A stretch of 64,000 nt of DNA from Rebecca billardiae RCC1528 (taxonomy: Eukaryota > Protista > Haptophyta). Positions 31,801 through 42,197 of the stretch are shown in pieces. Every line of letters begins with the position of its first letter. Position 1 is the first letter of the stretch. The translations under genes and the position numbers were made by a program. The notes below the pieces were generated by a model. It was not told where the DNA came from, ran no database searches, and worked only from the letters and a program-made list of their open reading frames with translations. Where the stretch lies: contig OZ251237.1 in assembly GCA_965240325.2 (NCBI GenBank), forward strand, positions 868,001 through 932,000, written 5' to 3'.

Positions 31801-32168
31801 CGCCCGCGCCGCGCGAGCTCGGCGGCGCGCTCGACGGGCTCACCGAGTGGGACAAGCTCCACGTCGACGGCGCGCGCGGCCAGTCCATCGGCGATCTCGC
31901 GCACGAGATTGCGCAACGGCTCGGCGGCGAGGTCGACGTGCTCGCGCTCACGTGCGGCGAGGTCGTGCTCTTCTCGTCGGTCCTGCCGTGCCCGTTCGAG
32001 CCGGACGAGACGATCGCCGCGGCCGTGGGCAGGTCGGACGGCGCGCTCCGCCCCGCGAGCGTCGGCGATGGGCAGTCGCAGTTGCGGCTCGGCGTGACCG
32101 CCGTCGAGCGCGCGACAGGCGCGACCGTCAACGCGCCGCCAATTCTCTACCGGTGGCCGGGCGACTGA
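28875..32168 (+). CDS. UBA1: Ubiquitin-activating enzyme E1 with N-terminal signal peptide (candidate periplastid SELMA sUba1)
   Basis: IDDGLYSRQLY, VVGAGAIGCELLKN, DMDMIERSNLNRQLLF, catalytic IPFCTLKAFP and EFEKDDDSNGHLDF. Leader MTSARPARALLALCLVASASA. Confidence 0.92.
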   Translation: MTSARPARALLALCLVASASARAAGGGGSPSDGIDDGLYSRQLYTIGRDAQARVSESRVLIAGLRATGVELAKNLILAGVQSVFLHDETPVDPTDLAGNYCLDESHVGRERAECVRTELAALNPEHVDVSVRKGELTADALRACGAKVLVAADLTHAEQLALNDACRAAGVRFVSASACGLFGRIFCDFGDSFVVEDVDGEAAREAHIERIDPDGTVTCADASGPHGLSRDDLVAFEAIEGLEGACAPGVTFRVARVRGAHKFVVSADALREAAGDGAAYVRGGRARRVKTSATLAFEPLRAAAAAPLPRHVPTDDSKEGEARRRTVHAAFCALAAGSGEAGAQGFDEFEAAARAAAAGAELDPALLRAFWAQARACVRPMAALLGGLGAAEALKAATHKWTPVCQFLYYDAAECLPGWPAFDAADAPADAADGRFCGQALALGRAASERLAAMRVFVVGAGAIGCELLKNFAGMGVGLREAGGCVQLTDMDMIERSNLNRQLLFRAADIGGMKSECAARACKRLCPQMRVRATTQRLAPETTNGPGAPFGEAFWAELDLVATALDNVQARLHADELSVTHAVPLIDSGTLGAKGSVQPAVPHLTESYGASADPPDSGDIPFCTLKAFPYAVEHCVAWARELFDGEFGGPIGEAKRFVTDEGAFVRQFVDGSAGGVDTQALGDALKRVVAALEAAPATYAQCVARAAALFGARFDRAIHALLRQYPAEHVDEDGQPFWRGAKRRPRALALDAADEEHLEFVRAAARLYAEAYGIEVPAGLDAAGLRAALAKELAAGDGAAAAAAAAAEREAVQAAAAGGGGAPGDDDEPESAEDMQRMLAEAEALLARADELREAAAASGRALTPLEFEKDDDSNGHLDFIVAASNLRADNYDIARTDRHESRRVAGRIVPAIATTTSVVSALVCLELYKLALLPPGGSAALASGSRAHKDALRRRFKSAFVNLALPLVASSEPVAPAPRELGGALDGLTEWDKLHVDGARGQSIGDLAHEIAQRLGGEVDVLALTCGEVVLFSSVLPCPFEPDETIAAAVGRSDGALRPASVGDGQSQLRLGVTAVERATGATVNAPPILYRWPGD

Positions 32169-32412
32169 CGAGTGGCTGGCGCCGAGCGCACGACGCCCCG
32201 CTAGATACCCCGCCCATGCTGGCCGCGGGACGCTCACAGGGCCGGCTGGCAGATTCCGAGCCAGTACAGGTCTTAGTAGGAAGGGACAATCCCAACGCAC
32301 GGCAGGAGCGGCGCCGGGCGCCATCCTGCGGATGCACAGCACTCGTGCATGGCGATTGAATGGCGGGCGCACCTGTCAAAAAAAACGACTCGAGCAGCTA
32401 CGAGACTAATTA

Positions 32413-32820
32413 GGGCCGTTCTTCACCCCGCCGCGAAAAATTCAACGAAGTTCGGCGAATCGATTTTCGGAGGCGCTCGCCAAGGGGCCGTTCTTGAGCC
32501 CCCTCGCTCGATTCGGATTCAGATTGATTCAGATTGTGTTTGGATCGCGAGGAGAAAAAACTCTAGCGCCGCGCCCAAAATCGACGGACCGTCGATCTCA
32601 ATAGGATCTCGACCGATTCGGCGAAAGTTGGGACGTGAATACGGATTCGTAAACTCAACTTTCGCCGAACCCACGCCGCAGGCCCCTGTTTTGTGGGTTC
32701 GGCGAATTTGCAAACAGGGGTCGCCGGGTCGGCGATTCGGCGAATCCATGGCGGCCCAATTACAAGAAATGCACTCGCCGAATTTCGCCGAATCGCTCGC
32801 GGCGGGGTGAAGAACGGCCC
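32413..32820. mobile_element. 408-bp MITE with 24-bp perfect TIR (GGGCCGTTCTTCACCCCGCCGCGA), PIF/Harbinger-like termini
   Basis: 32413-32436 is the reverse complement of 32797-32820. Flanked by TA on both sides; internal TTCGGCGAA repeats occur in both orientations. Confidence 0.85.
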
Positions 32821-32873
32821 TAATCTCGCCTGCCTGAGCTGTGTGCGTCTCTTATTATTCTTAGTAAACTGTA
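32821..32873 (-). repeat. Short TACAGTTTA-capped element, subfamily A (reverse orientation)
   Basis: Reverse complement of 47746-47794 and 59572-59621, with one extra 3-nt unit. Confidence 0.9.
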
Positions 32874-33015
32874 CGAGAGTCTGTTACGCGTGCGCGCGGG
32901 CGGTGACGAACGGCTTGACGAGCGCTGCACGCACGAGCCCGGCGTGGGCCTCCCGCTCGCAGGTGGTCCGAGCGCCCGAGCCGCGCACCCCCACAGGCCA
33001 CGCGGGCGCTGAGCG

Positions 33016-35398
33016 ATGGCGTCGTACTACTACACCGGCTCGACGGGCGCGAGCATCCTGCAGCGGCGCGCGCTGCAGAAGCGCGAGGAGGGCTTTGACA
33101 CGCGCAGCCCCAAGTGGGAGCACGGGCTGTCCCAGGTGCGCGCGCGCGCGCGGCCTGGCCTGCGCGGAGGGACCCCACCTCGCGCGCACCCGCCGCGACG
33201 CCGCTGACGCCCCCTGGCCGGCGCTCGCGCCCGCGCGTGCCCGCGCGCGCGCGCAGTACGACGCGCGCACGGATCCATACTGCCCCGTCACGCGCACATC
33301 GCGCTTCCGCAAGCGGCTGCAGCACGTGTCCAAGCTGGACGAGCCGTCGATCGAGCGGCTTCGCGCGTCGCAGGGCGCGCCGCCGCTGCCCAACGTGCGC
33401 GCCGAGCCCAGCATCGTCGACCGCCCGCTCCAGTCGATGCCGAGCACGCAGCTCCAAGTCGTGCGCTGCATCGAAGTGTACGACTTCCAGCTGGTGACGC
33501 TGCGGCACTTTGTGGACTCGCTGCCGGACGAGCTGAGCCGCTCGCCGATGCTCGGCACCGCGCGGCACGTCCTCGCCGACCTGCTCGCCGGGCTGCGCTA
33601 CGCGGTGCTCAACGCCGTCGAGATGGTGCAGCGCTGGCGGCGACGCTCGGCCGCGCCCGCCGAGCCATTCCTATGGGCTGGCGCCAATTTCTTCGTGACG
33701 ATCCAGCTGGACATGCTCGAGACGTTCGGCCCGGCGCTGGCGGTGGCGCAGGACCCGCTGCTGCTGCGCTGCTTCGGCGGCGCGCCCGAGCCCGCGGCGC
33801 CGGGCGGCGCCGACGGCGCCCACGGCGCCGGGCCGCGCGGCGCTGGTTGGCGCGCGCGCTCGCCTGCCAAGCACATGCGCGGACGCAGCCCGGCCGGCCG
33901 ACGGCCCGCGCGCGGCGTGAGCCACCCGGCGTCGATCCTCGAGCCGGCCAAGGTGCACTCGCCCACCGACCTCGAGCGCATGCGCGTCGCCGAGCGCGCG
34001 CTCGTGCGCGAGGCCGCGGCGGTCGGCGCCAACCTGCGCGATCAGCCGGGCGACGCGGTGCACGCTCCGAGCAAGGCAGAGCTCAAGCTCCGCTGCCTGT
34101 GCCACGGCGCGGCCTCGCTGGCGCGCTGGCACCACCGGCTGGCGAGCACCGCGGCGAACGTCATCCAGTCCCACCACCGCGGGCAGCTCGCGGCGATCGC
34201 CGAGGTCGGCGCGGCGCAGAGCGAGGCGGCCGCCAAGATCCACTACGCGATGCGCCCGATGCGCGCGCGCGCGCGCGCGCGCATCGACTCGGCCGTGACG
34301 ATTCAGGCGCACGAGCGTCGGGCGCAGGCGAGCCGCCGCGTGCAGGCGCTCCGCGCCGCGCAGGGGTACGTGGACGTGGGCGTGCAGACGGCGTGGCCGC
34401 CGAAGAAGCGCGCGCTCACGCCGTCGCAGTTCGCACAGCCCGATCCCTTCGGCTACCGGAACGGGCGCCCAGGGCTGCCGGCGGCCACGCCGCCGCCGCC
34501 CAAGGACGGGCGCGTGCGCCGCTACTTCAACCTGCCGCGCGCGTCGCAGCTGCGCACGCCGGAGGTGACTGATCCGGAGATCGTCGCGCGCGTGAAGGCG
34601 CTGCACACGCCCGTGCCCCCGGCCGGCCACGCCGGCCGCCGCGTGCTCGGCGCGGCGAGGCGAGAGCCGGCACCCTCGAGCAGCGGCCGAGGCTCGCCGC
34701 CGCACGTGCGGATGGCGGAGGCGCAGCGCGCGAGGAACGCAGCGCTCCTAAAGTCGGCGCCGCCGCCGCCCGCGCTCGGCGCAAAGCCGGCGACGGGCCC
34801 GGCACGCGCGCGCACGCACGCCGCGGGCGAGAGGGACCCGCGGCCGTTCACGCCACTCACGGGCTGGGGCAGTACGGAGCCGGCCAAGACGCCGGATCTG
34901 CCGCTGACCAACGCCTCCAGGGCGGACGGGGGAGCCGTGGCCGCCAGGCCGCCGAGCGAGCCGGCTCCGCCCGCGCCCGCGCCCGCTGCCACACCGGCGT
35001 CGGCGCCGGCTGGTGTGACAGACGCGGCGGCCATCGAGCCGCCGGCAGCACCGTCCGCCGCACCGAGTGCGCCCGCGCCGAGCGCGCCCGGCACCGGTCC
35101 GGCGGAGCCCGCGGCACCAGCGGCGCAGCAGGAGCTCGCGTCAGCGTCCTACCAGAGCTCCGGCTCGGAGATGCCGCCGGCCGACGACGCGGATCATCCG
35201 GCACCGGCGCACGGGAGCGGGGTCGCTGCCGCTGGGCCTCCGGCGGCCGCAGCACGCGGCGATGCGGTCGATGTTGACGGCGGGGTGGTGGCGGCTGCGC
35301 CCGCCGCGACCGTTGGGAATCACTCTGCGGTTGTCGCGCCTGCGGCGGCCTCATCGTCGGCCGCGGACGAAGCGGCGCCGGCAGGAGACCAGCAGTGA
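33016..35398 (+). CDS. Uncharacterised IQ-motif protein with Pro/Ala-rich tail (2 exons)
   Basis: Exon 1 33016-33135 and intron 33136-33256 (GT..AG) are in frame. IQ-like motifs IQSHHRGQLA and IQAHERRAQASR. Confidence 0.65.
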
Positions 35399-36030
35399 TT
35401 CCGTTGCTGTTCATTAGCGGGGAGGGGTGTCATGAATATTAATAGAAAGTCAGAGTGTACACTATTGCCTGATGAGCCGATTTGCATGACGTTGATGAAA
35501 ACCCTCCTATTTGAAAGCATCTATGAAGAGGTGAAAAACAAGCTACGTCGCTTCCTGAAGTCTAATTAAGCTTAAGACATTCATATTGACGAAAAAATGG
35601 CTATATATGTGATACCAACTTTCGCCATAATTATCTTTCGCCGTGGAACTCGAATATTCTTTCGGTACACCCCCCAAGTTGAAAACGAAAGTTGGTGCGA
35701 GGATGAAACAGTACCCCTATGAAATTGTATGATTGTATCATTGAGCAATTAGCTCAAAGAACGTTTCCGATTGGCTGTGCGGGCTGGGTGGCAGCCACGA
35801 GGACTATACCCTCGGTAGTGAAACACCTGTAAGACCAAGTACTACTAGTAGTAAGAGGTACCTCCTCTTCTGATTCGTACCCTCTTTCCGATCCGTTTCC
35901 TACCCCGATCCCGATCTCGTCGCCGAACGCGCTGGGCGCAGTGGCGCGTCGCCAAGCTCCTGTACCCCCATCGGCCTTGAACACACTGCAAACGTCCAGC
36001 CGCCAGGTATCAGCCCTGGTCCCCCCCTAC

Positions 36031-37851
36031 ATGGGTCGTTCGCTCGCTCCGGAGAGCGCGAGCGCTGCCGATGCCCACACTACGCTCATCTCGCTGCAAG
36101 ACTCTGTGTGCAAGCCGCTCGCACACGCGGTGGAGGTCGTCCAGGTGATGCAACTCCTGCTCGACGCTGGCCCCGCCGAGCGCCCGAGCGCCGCCGAGAT
36201 TGAGGACGCCATGATGCGAGTCTCGGCGGCGATCGGTGGCGCGATCGAGTCGCTGCACACCGCCTTCTCCACCACGTGCGTTCTCTCGCACGACTACGAG
36301 CCGCGCGCGGTCATGCTCCAGATGCGCGAGCTCTTCAGCGGAGCGCACGCGCGCGCAGCCGCAGGCGTGTCCGTAGCGTGCGCGCCCGGCACAGATTTGG
36401 ACGGCATGGTCGAGATCGATCCGCTGCCCTTACGCATGGCGGTGCCGCCCCTCGTGCGCCTCGCCAGCGACCTTGCCGGGGCAACTGCCCAGCTCACGCT
36501 CACGCTCGACCTCGACGAGAGCGCAGGCGCGCTGCGGGTGCGCGCGCACGCCGGGGCAGATCTCGTGCGCGGCGCGACGACGATGACGCACGCCGACGCG
36601 CCGGGCCAGCACAAGACGTTCGTGGAGGCGTGCGCGCACGCGCTCGACGGGTGGGTGTGCTGGGGTGAGCACGCCACGGAGCCTGAGCCGCCCCCGGCCT
36701 CCCCCACGCTCGCGACGATCCACGAGCCGATTCCGGAGCCGCTGCCGCCGTTCGCCGAGCTCACAGTCCCGGTGCATTGCCACAACTTCATCGGCAAGAC
36801 CCTCGCGTCGTTCCGCCTGCCTGTCGGCGCGACGGTGGTGATCGTCGACGACTCGCGCCTCACGCGCACCATTGTTCGCTCGCGCGTGCTCGCACACCTC
36901 TGCGTGCCCGGTGAGGAGCCGCTCATGATCCCGCCCGTGGAGATGCGCGACGACGACCCCGACGTGCCGGCGATCCTGCGCGCGTACGCGTCGACGCTCG
37001 CCGCGCTCGTGCAGGCCGGGCCCGTCATCCTCTTCTCGGACAACGACCTCGGCGTGGGCGTGCCGACGGGCGCGCAGGTGATCCAGCACGTGCGCGCGAC
37101 AGTGCCCGAGGCGGAGACCAACCTCGTCGCGTGCGTCGTCTCCGCCAACGGCTCGACGCCCGACCGGCGCATGTACGCGGACCTGGGCGCGGACGCGTTC
37201 GTGTGCAAGACCAAGGACGGCGTGCGCCACGCGCGCCAGGCGATCGCGCGCGCGTGCGCGCGCCGCTTCGGCCTGTGGGCGTGGGCGGCGTCGATGCTGG
37301 TCCACAAAGGCGTCGCGGACGCAAGGGACAGCCGCGCGGCGCCGGACGCGGACCCGACCGGCCTCTCGAGATCGGCGAGTCAGATGAGCATCGGCGAGCT
37401 GAGGCATTCGCACCCCTGCCCGAACCCACCCGGTGGCGGCGCCCCTTTCACCGCCAAGCCCTTCTCCGCGCCCGTGCCCTCGCGCTTCGCACGCGCCGCC
37501 GGCATGAGCGGCGCGCTGCCCAGCTCCGCACGGGCTCGCACGGGCAGGCAGGCTGAGCTGCGCGGCGTCGCCGAGGACGCCGACGAGCTGCGTTTGGCGT
37601 CGCCGTGCGCGAGCAGGACGCCGGTGAAGCGGATGCGGCACTCGTCGACGAGCGTGGAGCCGCTCTGGCAGCTTGCAATGCATGAGCGGCCAATACTGTC
37701 GAGCATTGCCGGCGTCGCCGACGCCGCGCGGTGCCCACGGCCCGGGCCACCGTCGGAGCAGGCGAGTTCGCCACGGGAGCTCGCCGACGCTGCGGCGTTC
37801 GTCGCTGACCACCCCACCGCGCAGGCTGACGACATGACGATCGATGACTGA
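36031..37851 (+). CDS. Response-regulator receiver-domain protein with degenerate histidine-kinase-like N-terminal half
   Basis: REC motifs VVIVDDS, LFSDNDLG (phospho-Asp), TGAQVI, VVSAN and GADAFVCK. Confidence 0.75.
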   Translation: MGRSLAPESASAADAHTTLISLQDSVCKPLAHAVEVVQVMQLLLDAGPAERPSAAEIEDAMMRVSAAIGGAIESLHTAFSTTCVLSHDYEPRAVMLQMRELFSGAHARAAAGVSVACAPGTDLDGMVEIDPLPLRMAVPPLVRLASDLAGATAQLTLTLDLDESAGALRVRAHAGADLVRGATTMTHADAPGQHKTFVEACAHALDGWVCWGEHATEPEPPPASPTLATIHEPIPEPLPPFAELTVPVHCHNFIGKTLASFRLPVGATVVIVDDSRLTRTIVRSRVLAHLCVPGEEPLMIPPVEMRDDDPDVPAILRAYASTLAALVQAGPVILFSDNDLGVGVPTGAQVIQHVRATVPEAETNLVACVVSANGSTPDRRMYADLGADAFVCKTKDGVRHARQAIARACARRFGLWAWAASMLVHKGVADARDSRAAPDADPTGLSRSASQMSIGELRHSHPCPNPPGGGAPFTAKPFSAPVPSRFARAAGMSGALPSSARARTGRQAELRGVAEDADELRLASPCASRTPVKRMRHSSTSVEPLWQLAMHERPILSSIAGVADAARCPRPGPPSEQASSPRELADAAAFVADHPTAQADDMTIDD

Positions 37852-37930
37852 TATCACGCAGTCGAATTCGTCTGTCTCAGCCTATACTCATTCTATGATT
37901 TAACGACACAGGTAGGACGGCGCAGGTCTC

Positions 37931-38663
37931 CTTCCTGATTCGTCGTCGGCAGTGCCCTATCGTCGACACGACTGTCGGCGCTGGTGGCAGAGCATACGGC
38001 CTGAACCGCGATCGAATGGCTTGAGCGCGGCCTTGAGCTGCTGGAGCGCGATCCACCTGCGCTGCGCGGCTCGCATGGACCTGCTGTGCCCCGAGCGAGG
38101 GCGAGGGTGCAGGTCCAGATGTCAGACGGCCGTCTCAGCCGCTGGGCCCTGGCGGGTGATCCGGCGGTGATGTAGTCGTCCCCGTGTGCCCTGCGCGGCC
38201 GCGTGCGCGCTTGCCGCTCTGCTCAGCTGGCTTGCTGGCGGCGGCTGGCGCTGCTGCGGCGTGCAGGGTACGCTTTGCCCCCGACTGCTGCGCATCCCTT
38301 CCTGATTCGTCGTCGGCAGTGCCCTATCGTCGACACGAAGTCGGCGCTGGTGGCAGAGCATACGGCCTGAACCGCGATCGAATGGCTTGAGCGCGGCCTT
38401 GAGCTGCTGGAGCGCGATCCACCTGCGCTGCGCGGCTCGCATGGACCTGCTGTGCCCCGAGCGGGGGCGAGGGTGCAGGTCCAGATGTCAGACGGCCGTC
38501 TCAGCCGCTGGGCCCTGGCGGGTGATCCGGCGGTGATGTAGTCGTCCCCGTGTGCCCTGCGCGGCCGCGTGCGCGCTTGCCGCTCTGCTCAGCTGGCTTG
38601 CTGGCGGCGGCTGGCGCTGCTGCGGCGTGCAGGGTACGCTTTGCCCCCGACTGCTGCGCATCC
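37931..38663. repeat. Near-perfect tandem duplication, 2 x ~367 bp
   Basis: 37931-38297 matches 38298-38663. Confidence 0.95.
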
Positions 38664-39286
38664 TCGTCGTCCGAGTCGTCGTCCATGGACGAGTCTCGGT
38701 CCGCGTGGGGGACAGCAGCTGGAGCAGGCGCAGGTGCTGCGGGCAGAGAGGCCGCCAGCCGCGCCGCCTTGCGCTCCTGGCGTTTCTCGACGGCGCGCCG
38801 CGACGAGGTGCGGCGGCTCGATGGAGATCGAATCCGCCTGCCCTGCGCGTCACGCCGAGGCCCGCGCTTCCCGCGCCGAGGCTTCTTCTTCCGCTTCTGA
38901 GAGTGCTGCCGCTCGCCGTTTGCAGCCTGCACTCCAGTACCCGAGCCCTGCGCGGCGAGCGGGCGCGCCGGCGGAGCCGACTTGCGCGCTCGGCGCGGGG
39001 CGGGATGCAGGGGAGCTTTAGAAGGCGCGCCACCACCTCCCTCGCGCCGCTGGCTGCCACCAGCGGGGGTTCCCTGTGGAGAAGCATCAGGCCCTTGCGC
39101 ATCAGGCGGACGCACGGGCACCGTCAGACGGACACTCCCATCTGGCAGGAGGGAGATGTGCACCGCGCGCGGGAGGCCGTCGGCGGCGGTGAGCCTTGCT
39201 GCGTCACGCCAAAGGCGGACGTAGAGGCGCACCCAACGATCCGACAGCCCCTCGGGCAGCAGCGCAGTCACGTCGAGGTCGTCCAT
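38501..39286 (-). CDS. Orphan basic protein with NLS-like stretch; possibly pseudogenised or element-derived
   Basis: ATG-initiated 261-aa ORF containing QKRKKKPRRGKR. The frame continues past the TGA to 38324. Confidence 0.35.
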   Translation of the reverse strand: MDDLDVTALLPEGLSDRWVRLYVRLWRDAARLTAADGLPRAVHISLLPDGSVRLTVPVRPPDAQGPDASPQGTPAGGSQRREGGGGAPSKAPLHPAPRRARKSAPPARPLAAQGSGTGVQAANGERQHSQKRKKKPRRGKRGPRRDAQGRRIRSPSSRRTSSRRAVEKRQERKAARLAASLPAAPAPAPAAVPHADRDSSMDDDSDDEDAQQSGAKRTLHAAAAPAAASKPAEQSGKRARGRAGHTGTTTSPPDHPPGPSG

Positions 39287-39776
39287 GCGAGCGTCGCCAT
39301 AGTAGTACGGTGTCGTCGTCGGAGGGGGAGCTCGTCGGGCGGGAATTCGGCAATTCGCTTTAATAATAGAAGCTCGTGTTTGAGTTTGCTTGATGACGTG
39401 ATGATGAGTCGAAAAATATAATAATAATCAGTCGCGCGGATTCCCTCGCCGCGCAGGCCCGTGCCCAGGCAGCGAAAACTACCAGCTGTTTTGATTGATT
39501 GTGGTTTTAAAAAGTTTTATCATAGGTGGTTGATCACGTCAAAGACGCTGATATGAAACAACTAGGGCAAGCTTACACGAAAGGCGATGCAAACAGGCAT
39601 ATTCGTTTTAGGAAGCGGTACATCCCCCGCATTGGAGACTTACATTTTCAAGGAACCCCGCCGAGATCTCGAATCGTACAGTAGCTGGGGTTCAGCAAAA
39701 GGCTTCCCAAGGCTGAACAGCCTCACCGGTCGAACACCTCCCCCGCACAGGCACCTACGCTGACGTCGCACCGCGC

Positions 39777-40805
39777 ATGCACAAGCGCGTGCAGCAGCTC
39801 GTCGCCACCATCACCCCCAGCGGCGTGCCCTCGGTGCCGACCGGCATCGCCTGGACGGCTGGCATCAAGCCGGAGTCGCTCGTCCTCGCCTGCGTGTACC
39901 TCGGCCGCCTCCTCGCGAGCGTGGACGAGGGCTCGTGCACGAGCGAGCCAGCCCAGCAGTTCGCGGCACTCGCGCCGCTCCACTTCGCCACGTGCGTCAC
40001 CCTAGCCGACAAGTACTGCAACGACCGCAGCTACGACAACATTCTCCCGCTCGTCGCCGACGCGGCGCTCATCGACCCGGCCCTGCTCCGCCGAGCGGAG
40101 CTGGCCGCGTGGGGCGTGCTGCTCGACGTGTCAGTCATGAGCGTCGAGCCGGACGAGTTTGATGCCTTTGCGCTCCTCATCCACGACACGATATGGGAGC
40201 AGATCGGCACCGACTGCGCGCTTGCGCTGCTGTCACGCACGGCGCGCTCGTACGCCGTTGTCCTTCCTGCAGGCGCCGTCGCGCAGCCCTTCATGCGCGC
40301 GACTTTGGATGCCGATACCACGCCTGGCACGGCATCTACGGGCGCACTCCACGCCTTCGGCAGCATATTCGGCCGCGTGCGCGGACCGCGTGCGGCGTAC
40401 GCAACGGAGGATGAGGCCGCTGTCGAGAGGACCAGCAGCAGCGAGGAAAGCGGCCGCAGCAGCAGTGCCACCAGCGTCTGCGCCCATGCTGAGCGCCCAA
40501 GCGCGCCGAGTAGCTCCAAGGCTGCCAGTGACGACTGCGCCGCCTTGCCCACCAAGCCGACGAGCTGGGTCGATCGCTATCGCGTCGCCAACATCTCACG
40601 GCGTGCCGCACAAACCAAGGCGGCGGCGGCCACGACGAGCAGCGGCCCTGCCGGCTGGCTCGGCGGCCGCGCGCACGGCTCGGCGGTATCGCAGGCGCTC
40701 GCCGCGGCGGCGCGCAAGGCGCCGCCAGTGCGACGATCGGGCACCTCCGAAAACAGGTCCCTCGCACGTTTGCGGGCGCCGATGGCGGCCACTACGGGCG
40801 TTTAG
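39777..40805 (+). CDS. Pho80/PCL-like (P/U-type) cyclin
   Basis: ESLVLACVYLGRL...TCVTLADKYCNDRSYDN...LRRAEL matches the Pho80-type cyclin box. Confidence 0.7.
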   Translation: MHKRVQQLVATITPSGVPSVPTGIAWTAGIKPESLVLACVYLGRLLASVDEGSCTSEPAQQFAALAPLHFATCVTLADKYCNDRSYDNILPLVADAALIDPALLRRAELAAWGVLLDVSVMSVEPDEFDAFALLIHDTIWEQIGTDCALALLSRTARSYAVVLPAGAVAQPFMRATLDADTTPGTASTGALHAFGSIFGRVRGPRAAYATEDEAAVERTSSSEESGRSSSATSVCAHAERPSAPSSSKAASDDCAALPTKPTSWVDRYRVANISRRAAQTKAAAATTSSGPAGWLGGRAHGSAVSQALAAAARKAPPVRRSGTSENRSLARLRAPMAATTGV

Positions 40806-41271
40806 ATGTCAGACCGTCCGGGACACTGAGTGAGAGTAGTGTTCAATTGTCTGTCCGACTGTCGGTCACTTCATTACTACTGAACTGTCTTTGACTGCCT
40901 AACTCTAGGTGTCGTCCGACAGTCATCTGTGGGCGTGCTCGTCGAGGCGGCGGGGTCGGGCGAGCGCGACGCCGCCGACGGCGGTGGCGTCGTGCAGCTG
41001 CGGCTCGAGCGGCGCTCTGCGAGCGCGGCTGAAGCCAGCGCCGCTCGGCCTTGCCCCACCCAGCCCGGTTGGGATCCGCGCACTGGCGTGGGATCCATTT
41101 CCCAGTAGTACGGTATTGGTCCGTCGCGATGAATACTGAATTCGGGGTACTCGGGCTTTGCGTCCACGTGGGATCCGCTTGACTCTCGCTCGTCAGCACG
41201 GGCGCTCGACACGCGCACGTCGCGCGAGCCCCGGCACCGAGAGGGCAAGGCCGGCGTGGCGCGGGCTGATC

Positions 41272-42197
41272 ATGTCGACAGAAAAGTCGCGCCAGCATTT
41301 CACCGCGTCGCTCGTCGCCGGCAGCGTCGCGGGGACGGCCGTGGACGTCGTGCTGTTCCCATTGGACACGGTGAAGACGCGGCTGCAGTCGCGCGAGGGG
41401 TTCTGGAAGGCGGGGGGCTTCCGTGGGATCTACAAGGGGCTCACGGCCGCGGCAATTGGGTCTGCTCCCGGCGCGGCCCTCTTCTTCGGCACGTACACCC
41501 TGACCAACGCGGAGATCAAGCTGCATGTGCCGGCTGCGCCCGACCCTCTTGTCCACATGGTCGCCGCATCGTGCGGCGAGGTGGCGGCGTGCATCGTGCG
41601 CGTGCCCACTGAGATCGTGAAGCAGCGCACGCAGGCCGGGCGTTACTCACATGCCTCGGTCGCCATCAGAGACATCCTCTCGACCTGCGGCGTGCCAGGC
41701 CTATTCCGCGGCTTCACCAGCACGCTGGTCCGAGAGATTCCCTTTGCCCTGGTTCAGTTCCCGCTCTATGAGCAGTTCAAGCTGCAGCTCGCGCGCACGC
41801 TCGAGCGCAAGCCACAGCCGTGGGAGTCGGCGCTCGCGGGCTCGGCCGCGGGCGCCATCGCCGCAGCCGTCACCACGCCGCTCGACGTGGCAAAGACGCG
41901 CATCATGCTCGGCAGCGATCAGGAAGTGCGCGCGAGACGTGCGTGCCCACCGCGCACCCTGGCTGCGCATAACGCACTGCGCCTGCACCCCATGCGCCGC
42001 GTGGGGCCCGCCCGCAGATGAATGCGATGGTGATGCTCTCAAAGATCGCCAAGGAAGAAGGCGTGGGCAGGCTCTTCTCAGGCATCGTGCCGCGCGTGTT
42101 CTGGATCTCGATCGGAGGCTTTGTCTTCTTTGGCTCGTTTGAGACGGCCAAGCCGGTCGTCCTGCAGCTGCTCTTCGGCGCAAACACGGCGTCGTAG
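41272..42197 (+). CDS. SLC25A26: Mitochondrial S-adenosylmethionine carrier (SLC25A26/SAM5-like)
   Basis: FPLDTVKTRLQS, GFRGIYKGL...GSAPGAALFF, RVPTEIVKQR, REIPFALVQFPLYE and TTPLDVAKTRIML. Intron 41926-42017. Confidence 0.92.

Noticed and set aside
28428-32372. 1314-aa antisense ORF over UBA1, and many similar long shadow ORFs
   Set aside because: These are the expected by-product of extreme GC3 codon bias. They are Arg/Ala-rich with no recognisable motifs.
35410-35760. AT-rich island with an 11-bp inverted repeat
   Set aside because: No termini, TSD or recognisable ORF; treated as ordinary intergenic DNA.
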